Source of the DNA: Catajapyx aquilonaris
Lineage: Eukaryota
DNA: 64,000 nt
NCBI GenBank assembly: GCA_000934665.2
Contig: KZ538140.1
Location: 62,001 to 126,000 of the forward strand
Reading direction: 5' to 3'
Both the position numbers and the translations under genes were made by a program. The notes beneath the pieces are model-generated. The model was given only the letters and a program-made list of their open reading frames with translations, did not search any database and was not told the DNA's origin. Positions 25,972 through 37,200 of the stretch are shown in pieces (within the stretch, counting starts at the first letter, position 1; each line of letters starts with the position of its first letter).

Positions 25972-28900
25972 ATGAGTCCAAGATGATTGGTTTAAAGTGT
26001 GAAATTAATTAAAATTAATAAACGAACTCTAGTGAAGCTATTCTTGTGATTCTAATGGAAACCAGGATTGACGCAATAATTTGATAGTTAGCACGGGTTC
26101 CAAAATAGTGCAATTTGTGAAAACTGACCTTTAGTGGGAACATGGCCCACTTTCACTTTAACACTCCCAATATGGGACAGGATTGGGCGCCTATTTCCCC
26201 TCCAAATTAAAGCCAGGCGATTGGTTGGACGCCATCTTTGCAGGGAGCTCGGACACTTCTGGGACGTGTTTGGTCCCGGGTTTAAGAGGAGAATGACCCC
26301 AAGAGCCGCGTTTCAAATGAGCGGACCACACTCCTGCCTCACAAATCCAGCTCAGGAAGCCAGCGCAGACTGCCTGGGACACAATAGTAGGATGAATGTG
26401 CGCCTGGCTTCTCTTCTGGCTGCAAGCCTCCTCTCTCGTTACTTATACCCCCCACAATATGCATCAGTGTTGTAATCACCCAGCAAAGGCCTGCAAGAAA
26501 ATTAAAAATTTAGAGTACATTGTTTCGTACGGTGTGTTAACGTGGTCTGACGGGTATGACTCGCCCATGGTTGCGAGATCGGTGTTTTTAGGACAAATTT
26601 TTGGTGAAGGTTTGGGTTTTCGAAAGAGTGTGAGGAGGGCTATGCTATGGCGGGGGGAATGAAAACTTAGTTTACAACTCCTAGGAAATGGGCCAATGGG
26701 GGTTTTAAAAACTGAAAACACCCGTGTTGGTTTAATGGAATTGTTTATGGCGGTGTTTTAAGCAGGCTGATGGAGCTATAAATTTGGACGAGTCCGTGGC
26801 AAAAAGGAACTTTTTCCCTCTCTCTAGCTCTCTCCTGAATTTTTTTTCTCTCCTGAATAGGGTGGTGGGTGAAGTAGAACAAGTTAGTTGTCCCTGTTTC
26901 GCCAAAGGCTACAGGACCTTTTTTATTTCAGGACGCAGATATAATCCTAAAGGCAATTAAATATGTGAGTGGAGGATTGGGAATGTATTTTTCCCCCCAT
27001 CTCGGTATACAATGCAGAATGTCCCTACAGGGCAAGGAAAATTCTCGTGTGAGTTATAGGGGTTAAAAAATCACCTCCCGAAATGTATTTTATCCCCGGA
27101 TGTTTATTTTTGGGCGCGGCCGCATCCATATGCAGAGCCGAGATAATTGCATTCCGTAGTACCCCCCTACTCTGCACGGTTTTCATACTTTAGCATGGGC
27201 ATGATTTCCAGGGGTTTTTTCATCCCCTGGAATTACCAGGAGAAAGATAGCGTGTTTTGTAACTGTTGTCTTAGGAATATGCTCAAAATCTAAAGCGCTC
27301 GTGTTATGCATAATAATCACACCCAGTTGCAGTGTTTATGCGGCCAATCCGTACTAGAGTGATAGGCGTGCTGGGAACAGGCGCTTGTAATTATGTGAAG
27401 CGTATATAATTGTTTACCGAAGTGATTAGTCACGTTGCGAGGGGGGGTTGAAGGATGGAAGGGAATGAAAATGGTGTCAACAATCGACAGGGAACATGAG
27501 CTCGATTGATAGCAGTTTCGCCACATATTTTCAAGTTTTCTTATCCGCATTCTGAACAGTGCGGTTTATTATTTGGAGGGGAAGTTCATTTCCCCAAAGA
27601 ACTAGTTTTTTTTTTCTTTCCTTGATCCGAGTTGGGTTCTTTTGTGTGAGAAGGCAAAGTAATTGCGCCTCTCTCGCTTCACTGCCACGGCTCCTTTCGC
27701 CTTTGTCTCTGAAAGCTTTGGCCAACCGCCTACCAATCCTTCTGATGAAGATTCTGAACTGGTTTCGGGTGGTAAAGTTGGGGGTGGTGCACGTGACCCA
27801 ATACTGAGGTACCAATGTACTGTATCCCCAGTCGTCTTGTATAGCTTGGGATGGAAATAAGAATCGGGAAGGGAAGAAGCAGGACTGTAAGTAATTCCAT
27901 CAAGGAAACGATGCCCGGGCAGGCCAGGGCTAGATTGAGTTGGAGGTGTGCAGATGCAAGGGCTTTTTCCTATTTCTCAGCCGCTCTCTCTCGAGAAGAA
28001 TCGGGCTTCTCGTGCACCGTTGGGCAGAAACTGTAAATTAAGTGAACTGGTATCGCTGGATTAATGGAATCTCTGGATGAGCGTAAAGCTACACTGATGG
28101 AGTGATAATTGAGCTTGGCGAGAGCCTGAATTAACATGAACTGACATATGAACTGCGAGAGGTACGCTCTAGTGACATTGAAGCGACATCTGACTACTGA
28201 AACCTGTTACGAACAGTACACGAAAAGAAGGCTAATAAAACATCCTCCGAACTCATGGAGCAGCTGCAGACAAAATGAGAGCATAGGTCTATGTTTATAT
28301 TTTTGGTGCGCAGACAATATAATCAAATAGTGCTGTGTACTCTTAAACTACTTAAAGAGATGGCACAACATGGACAACGTAAGATTTTTTTGCACTTATA
28401 ATCTTTTCGAATACTACACACTATAGGTGGCCAATTCTTCGACATAGTGTGCTTTAATTCCAAATATCAACCTGCACCTCTCTTTGTTGCCTTGGGCTCT
28501 TGTTCTCTATTGGCTCATTCACGTAGAATGCTGTAGCACTCACATGCAAATAAAACTGCAGGGATGGTTGCAAAAAAAACAACCGAGATACTAATTGGGT
28601 CAAGCACTTTTAGCAGGATCGAAACTAGGGGAAGGGCTGAGGGAATACCGAGGACCTCTTCCTCTATTTATTTCCCTCAAGCCGTGCAGCTTGCGGGACA
28701 AAAGAGTTGGGAAGGCCCTTATTTGCTGAAGAGATTAGAGACTCGCCTTAATCTCTGCAAAGTACAGGACGCTTTTTTCCCTTCTATACTTCTTCTCCTC
28801 CTGCTCTCCACCCCCCTGCTTTCTTCTAGGCCAAAAGCGAAATAGGATTTAATAACAGTGTGCTGCACGTTTATTTATTAGTACATTTTTCTGGCTCCCT

Positions 28901-31207
28901 CTATACTCAGAATCAATACACTTGGAAGCATGGCCGTGATTGGTGTAATCATCCGCTCCTTTCCGAACTGCAGCACACAAAAGATTGGTGGTCTCGATGA
29001 TGATACAGCTATAGCTTCGTCGAAACCGGAGGAATCAATACTGCTGGGAGAATCAATCTTGTGGCGGCGGGTGTAGCCTCAAACATGCGGTAATCTCACC
29101 CTCGCAATATCTGAGAGGGCCTTAAGATGAAGGGAGCAGAAAAGGACAAAAAAAATATATAAGAAGAGGGTAGGCGTTAATTTATTATGCACGTAATTGC
29201 AGTGTCGACGTGAAGGACAAGGGATCTGGTGTCTTGCGGGGGTTGGTGACTTTCTTATTGGTTTGGGGATAGTCTGTGTCGAGCTGGAGGGTTGCCAGAA
29301 GGCGAGGAAATATTCGGGAGCAGACAGCGGAGATCTGAAGGAAAACCGATGAGAATGATCTACCTTGGCACTTTGGCATTAAGCGTAGAATCTGGCGTGG
29401 ATTAACATTAATGTGGTTGCTAATTTACGAATGGGACGAGTCCAGTGATGAATATATTAGCTGCCTCTAATACCAAAAAAATAACTAAATTATTACATAC
29501 TCCATACCCTTCAAGCTGGCTATGCACATGATGCAATTATGACGTTGTGGTGTATACGAACTTAGTTAACTCGAAGGACATTTTTGTGCCGTCTACTTAG
29601 CCCGCTGTTTAATGAACGGATGAACCTAATTAGGCTAAAATAACCCTCTGGACGGGGGGTAGAGGGCAAAAAAGTGGCATATCATGCAATCAGTCCCGAG
29701 CCTTCCTTCATCCAATCCCATCTCGGGCATAAGATTTCCTTCCCTAGAGGCATTTATTTACAGGGGAGGAAAGTAATTTTCCTTCATTAACCCCCCCGTC
29801 TACTCCTCCCCATCCAGCGCATTCATAACGCTCTGATGATGCTGGCTGGAATCAGTGACCTTTTACGCTGTGTTTCCGGATGACGGGGCTGACCTTTTGC
29901 CTCCTGTTTCCCTTCCCTCAAGTCTATTCCTAGAGAAAAGAAAAAACCAGTGAAGCCGTCAAGGGACGTTCCTGTGTATAGGTACACCATTATTGGATCT
30001 CCAGTGCGCAGGATACCGGAACTTAGCTTTTTAAAAATGTTCCATGTACCACCGAGTACTCAGGGAAAAGTATGTAACGTACTAATTAATATTTTACGGC
30101 ATAACGGTTTCGCTTGGTATAACAGCGCCCTAGGATAATTTTATGCGAGGCTTATATAAATTTCACAAGTACATGGCTATCTACAGTAAATGCAAACCTG
30201 CCTAGTTGATTTTACTTCTAATAACACCTGTGCTCAAGTTAGTTACAAAAAACACACAGCAGTTCTCAGCACTTTTCTGACCCGGATTTTTGGAGGATGG
30301 CAGCCGAGTTTCCGGCTTCTCAGAGTTCAGCCACCGTTTAGTCCACTTAGACCATTAAGGTGTAAAACGAAGTCCAATTTTCTACCGTGAGAGAGCAGGC
30401 CAGGACCATTGATTGGTGATGGCCGACTTCCTCCCCATCCTCTTCCTTCGATATACCCCCCGGAAAATCTCATTCCTATCTTAAGAGAAAAAAAGAGAGG
30501 ATCAATTGCATTGCCTTGAAAAACCTTCCATCGTCGACTTTGCCTTATACTTAGAGCCCTCCGAATCCATTATCGACTCCACTGTTTATATTTCATGACT
30601 GAGGACGACGACGGCGACGACTCTGGTGGGGAACGAATTTCTGTTGGGTCGGATTCCCTCCGTTCATTTTGCATCAAGTTGTAGACTGGCGTGTCGTACC
30701 TGCAGCTTGACGTTTGTTTAAGTATTCATGGTTGCGTGGCTTTGGAGATGCATCAATAGGGAGGGAGTTTGGCTGTTTTTCAAGGGTTCTTCTCCTCTTT
30801 TGTGTGTGGGGGGCTGTGCCAAAAACGGGGCATTGATTTTCGATATGATCCCACCAAGCCTTAAGACATAGCCACGTTTATTAAGCGTAATCTGTACCCG
30901 TCGCATTATTGTAAAGCCCGACCCAACCCGCATTTGTCATTCAGCGCAATATTAATGTGTATGGTGTCCAGCCACGCCAGAAAGAGATCCACAGCAACCC
31001 TAGTTACACCATAAATAACTCTCGGAAAACTCATTGATACTTTGCTCAACCTCCCCCTACTGTTGTTATTATTTCGTTTCTCTTCCCCCCCCCNCCACCC
31101 TGTTGGATCCAGAAAAAAAATACAGGCCTAGCCACACGAAGCTCGTGACATGAAATGAGGGTAATAAAAGCAGCACCTGTTGTATCCCACAGCAACCAGA
31201 AGCCCAG

Positions 31208-31295
31208 AACACACACTCACACACGCTCCCTCTTTTCTCTCTCACTCGCATACATACACACACATACGGTATACGCACACACACACATACACACA
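31208..31295. repeat. Imperfect (CA)n / (CT)n simple-repeat tract
   Basis: Interrupted ACAC runs with an embedded CT tract. Confidence 0.8.
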
Positions 31296-34200
31296 TTATG
31301 ATTTAACAAGCTCTCTGAAAACAGCGAGCTACGAGAGAGACCTCCCCTTATGATGGATTTTAATGTCAGAGTGTGGCGGACCCTGCGCAATCAGCGTTTG
31401 CACAATAAATTTTGTCCACGTAACATTTTGAACAAACAATAGCCACTAATGCCCATAGAGATATTAATGATGATTATATGGATGATGATTTAGAATGCAG
31501 TGGATGGCTTGCGTGGTGCAATTGTTCATTTATTCCCCCGGACCCCTGGACTATATAGACCGGGGCGCCGGGCACTGAAGGCTAATTTGGCTCGTAAGCG
31601 CTAATTTAATAGGCCGCTCGAATTAATTGATTGCATAGAATGTACAGCAGGCCTTATAGTTGTTTAGGCTGCCAGGGAATAATTATTGCGCCGGAGGAGG
31701 AGGCGGTCGAGGATCATTACCTTCCTCCCCCCCCCCTCCTCTCCCACCTCCTACTGCCACCATCCCTTCGCCTAATTTATATTTCATTGACTATAGTCGG
31801 GACTATTCGACCAGAGCTGTCACATTACACTGAATTCGACGCTACAGTTCTTTCCGCCATGTTTATAGATTTTTTTGCGAATTAATGCAATGGACTGCTC
31901 GAATTAAATGAATTACAAACTGAATTGCAAATGATTACAATGTTTTAAAATCACTAGTATTGACTATGTTGTCCAGAAGAAGAAGAAAAAGATCTTCACT
32001 TTCTTGTGAAATGCAGAAAGCGGCAGGCAATTTTTGTCGCAAAAATTACGAAAACAAAGACAGCCACGGTACTAAAATTGCTGCTGCTGCTGCTGTTAGT
32101 ATTGCATTATATTATGAAACAAAAATTAGCTTCATTTATGTTAGAGAAACTAAATATGATGGACAGACTTGCTGGGCAGGCGCGCGCCATAAATAACTTA
32201 ATAAGTGTTTGCCGCTGGGTTATAATTGCAAGCAAGGAGTGGCTCAGTAAAATGTGCGAAAAATGAAAACAGGGCGGTAAAGAGGTGGAGGTGGGGGGTG
32301 GGGGGGGACCATTGCGCGAAATCCATGCTCTCGGAATGAAATGACAAATGGCCGGGGCGCATTCAAATGCTACCTTTTGAATAACAACCGGATTTCACAG
32401 GGCGCTAACCAGCCCAACAACATGCATTATNCCCCCCCCCCCCCGCCCCAGAAAAAGCTCTACCCCTCAGCGACAAATTATTATAATAACAATAATGGCA
32501 GCTCTTATTCAATTTTGCACCTGCTCATACTTCAATCATCGGTTGAGGGTTCGATCTGCCGATCAATTCACACCAAACCCCTCAACCCACCTAACTATAT
32601 ACCCTCACCACCCTACATACCATTGTTCCATTATTAATTACGTTGACAGGACACTTTTTATTATGGAGCCTTGCTTCGGGGGTGCTGCGAGCGAAGTAAT
32701 TTATCGTGGCCCCTTTGATTAATCAGCTGGACCTGTTTTGGGTATCGGGTAACGATCAAGATGCCGGAGATGACAATTTCTATGGTGCTAATTGCATCTA
32801 CTATATCGTGACATTTATAGTATGATCGAAAAAAATCAGTATTGTACTTGAGTTACTAAGCTGAGCATAATACAACACTGGTGCCGTTCTGAATACAATA
32901 TGTATGTCGAATGTTTTGTGCTGACCACATGAATCGAGTGAAAGACCAAGAGAAAAGAAGCAGGTTCTTGCAATGTGGACTGGGAATGTTAAATTCGGCA
33001 ATAAAACTTTAATAATCCCTTCCTGTTGGAACTGTCCCTCAGTCCTACCTTTTTTGAAAGCTTGAATATGCAATGTCAACATGAAGCGTGTGCCTGGGGA
33101 AAGAAACAATGACATACAAACAAAACCCTCTGCCACGTGTCCACTTTTTTTCCTAGACACGCACACAATAGATTTAAATATTGTAAGTGTAATATGTCAA
33201 TACCCCCCCCCCCCCAAATGAATGGTAGAGTCTAAGCGACTTTTTGGCTACAAAGTGACACTTTTTGCAGTTGAAGCTCAGGTCATTGGAAACGGTCAGT
33301 TGTTTTCCACAGCGTGCAAGCATAAAAAGGTTTTGCAGGCGCGAGGTGAGCAGTTTCTCCTGGAGCGAAATTCCATTACGGAGTTTCTTTTCCAATTGTG
33401 ACATCCAAGTTTTGCAGGCGAGGAGTTGGAACGGGAGGGTATGGTGGGTAGGGGAGGTATGCTGTCAGAGACGCAACGCAGCGTGACAAAGTTAATTTGG
33501 CCAGTGTTAAGGGAACGTGACACTTGGCTGCGGTCGCCACAAAGCATCCCTCCAACCACATCTTTATATAATAACTACCTCGCTTGGTTTTTTTTTAGAT
33601 ACTTTTAACGAAACGGACCTGCGGCAAAGGCAGGGTCAAGATTGGAATGTTTTATATATATTTGGGCTAGATCTTGGCTAATGTCAACCTGCATGTTGGT
33701 AGCTATAGCCAGGGAGTTGGCTGAAAATCCTTTCTCGCTCGCGATCCAGGGGTTGGTGGGACCAAAATGGGGAATGGAGGGAGGATGGGGCATGGAGGAT
33801 CGATATATGCAGGACGGATTAATCTGCAACCTGCCTACCACACTCCCAGCTTGTGCCACAAGTGCAAACGTGAAGGGCCGACCAAAGGCCTCTGAGATGA
33901 AGCTAGCAGTGACAGCACTCTATTCCTAGATAGACTCGCACATAATTCTGATCAGAACCAATTTTTTTTTAAACCCTTCAAATAAATCTGTAGCACACAC
34001 TCTAGCATTATCCAGGAAGCGTGTGCATTGGGAATATGTGTGTGTATAGTGCACAAGAGGAGCGGTCATTCCGCATGACCCAGCGGGCTAAACGGTGCGT
34101 GGGATTATTTAGTCCAGAGCAGCAGATAATGCCAGCTTCGAGCTCCATTCATGCGCGAGCCGATACACACATGATAATAGGAGAAATGTGCTCAAAACCC

Positions 34201-37200
34201 CCCCACCCATTCCCAAACCCACCCCTTCTCCAGTTCCCCATGACTATATACTAACCCCTCCCCCCCTTCTCCCCCCGAGGGAGTTTCCATTGCGGGTTAA
34301 TAGCCCTCCAGATTATCCCAAGATGAAAGTGATTATTTCATGCGGAGCTATTGGAATAAAGCCAGTCGCCGACGGGGAGCAGTTGTCGCTTGAATTGTGA
34401 GGGGATTTGTTCCACTTTTCTGCTATGTTTGGAGGGGGTTTGGGGGGAGTTGGGGGAGGGAAAGGGGGGTGCAATATGCCCCTATTCAGCTGTTATAACT
34501 TTCATCCCTTCCCCAGCCTGCCTCCCCTTCTGGTGCGATTAAGATTGCAATGGTGATGAGCCTGTAGGTATAGGACCGGTTCGATTTTTTTGGGATGTGA
34601 GTTATAGAGATGTACCGGTATAGGATGGAATTCAGAGAGGCTCTTTAACCCAGGATTATGTTTTATTAAATTTAAAAAATATATATTCTTCATTTGATGA
34701 CCAAATGACAGGTGTCCTACATATAGGACGCTAGGCATATCTGGACTAACTACATGTTTAATAAAGTAGGACATTTGAGCAATTTAGAGCTGTCACATTG
34801 AATGGTGATTCAATAATAAATTTTAATCTAAATAGACAGGTACGCATCATCAAGGGGAGTTGTCCTGCAGAGGAATTTGAACAACTCTGGGTGCGAAATT
34901 TAATTCACATATAACCGGCACGTGTTGAGCATATTTTGGTTAGGAGCAGGTAGAGCCTGATGTGTACAGTATGCGCAGTGTCCTGGAAACTTGCTCAACC
35001 AGTAAACCACATGAACTGTTGGTTTCATTATACAGGAGAGGCGATCCTACACTCTCCCCCATATACTGCAATTTAATAATATAATTTAAATTAACTCTGT
35101 AATTTGAATACATTACTGTAATAAAATTAGTTGTCGAATTAGCCAAAATGTGTTTTCACTTCCCTAAGGGCACAGTTACTTGTTGCAAACTGCATTGGAT
35201 GACGTCATAATGCTCTAGGGTATAGACCTTGTGTTAGTAGGATTACAGAATGAGTTTTTTTGCACCGATACTGGTTTAAGTGGAGAAGATTGAAATGCAT
35301 AGTACAGTAGAGCTCCGTACAACCACTCCGGCTATGAATGGAAAGTGCAAGAATTTAAGACAAGGGATCAAAGGTACCGGGTAGTCATTAGGCATTAATA
35401 AAGGCCTATCTGTCGTAGAAAGTCAGTGATGTACGACTTGATCTAATATGGACTATGGTTGAGACAAGACGTTTTTATTGGCCATAGGATGCCATTTCTA
35501 GTGCACGGAATGGTCGTGGAACATGCAATTATTGATGGGTGCTACAGACCTCAGTGTGCAAATTTTCTGTGCTGATATCATGTGAACCATACAAGGTTGG
35601 AAATGGATAGTAATCGTTGCTCTCAGTCTGTGTGAATATGTTGTTTTCTATTTGGCTTACTACTCATATTGCATGCTAGTACTTATACAAGAATAGATCA
35701 TATATTATGCTCTTGCAGTAATTGTAGCTTGTAATCGATAAGCAATCTTTTCTTTAGATAATATATTTTTGTCAGCCAAATAATGATCATGTGATTACGG
35801 ATTTCTGGACTTTGGCCAAGGTTTCTGCTGGCAAAACCTCCATAACCCGTCGAGGCGACTAGACTAGACGCACAATATTATTGCGGACAAAAACTTCAAA
35901 ACAAAAACAAACTCCTCGAAACTGTAATATTATTCAGTCACCATCAGTCATTTCCATCCCCAATTATTTGCAAGCAACGCTTCTGCCACTCTATAAAGAG
36001 AACTCTAATTGATACATGAGCAGGTTCACGGATTTCCATTATTAGTAATTTGGTTATTGAGGGAGGGTATTATGTCAGCAGAGAGCGAGCTCCCCTCCCC
36101 CCTTGACTAAAGTTGGTCCCCCCCCCCTTTCTATAGACTCTGCTATCTGCCTTTCTCCAACTCGAAGCAACTGCTGTGGAAGTAAAAGTAACTGGGCCAT
36201 CAGTTAAGGGAGTCTTCTTCTTCTTCTCTCTCTCCTTCTCTCCTTCTCTTCTCTCAGTTCTCAGCTCACGTGCTCAACAACTAGGAAGCTTGAAGAGAAG
36301 ACGAGAATGGAAAATGAAAATCTATATGTAATCGGGACCTCCTCAGGGTTTCTCCTCGAGACAGCCAGGATTAATGCCATAGTAGGACTTTTTTTTGTTC
36401 TGTTTTTTTTTTTTGTGGAAGGGAAAAATCTGTAGATTTGGTAGTTTTCTAACGAGTAACAATGGAGCGATCAATCTGTGGGATGATATTTTTTTCAACA
36501 TATACATAATGATTTGGCCTAGTTTTTCCCCACCTATCTGTCATCTAACCTACACATGCCTTATTGAACACTCCATTTGTATCCCACCCCGCCTCTACCA
36601 TGCATATCTAAAAAAACCGTCTAACAAATGTGTGCACATACACACACACGCTCGCACTGTTCACACACTCGCCTTTTCGCATATATCGGAGTATCGAACG
36701 GATAATTCTCTTTACTTTCAACCCCTCCCCCTGCACTCAAAGCGCTAATCTCTCCCTCGCCTCATTATTCGCCAATGTTTTCATATTTGCATTCGGGCAT
36801 TGCGTTTCACACCTGCTGCAAGACGAGGAATTGATTTGCACGCTGCCATTACCAAAGTCTTTTCCCAGCCCCGACGCGAATGGAATAATGTGCTCCGGGC
36901 GAGGTAGTAGGTAGGGGGGTGGAGGAGAACCAGGCTGGGGGGAAGGGGGGTGGGTGTAAATCGATGCCTGGGTACTGGAAGGGGGGGTAGGGGAGCCATG
37001 GCAGCAACCAGACTACAACATAGTCATCGTCCCCCCCGAAAGTTTAGTAGACGCCTCCTGAGGCAATTTGTGCGTCCACTGGGGATTAACGACCGACATA
37101 ATAGAAATGAAAAGCGGGGGTATTAGAAAGTTGGGAGGGAGGAGGGGAGGTTGAGGAGGTGGGGGTCCATTGTTTTGGAATTATAATGGTGTGATTTGGA

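Noticed and set aside
31097..31150. Resemblance to miR-10/miR-993 arms (ACCCTGTTGGATCC ... GAAGCTCGT)
   Set aside because: The two segments do not base-pair into a hairpin and the match is limited to 8-9 nt.
36901..36912. GAGGTAGTAGGT matching part of let-7
   Set aside because: Only 12 nt match, the sequence diverges into a G-run, and there is no complementary star arm.
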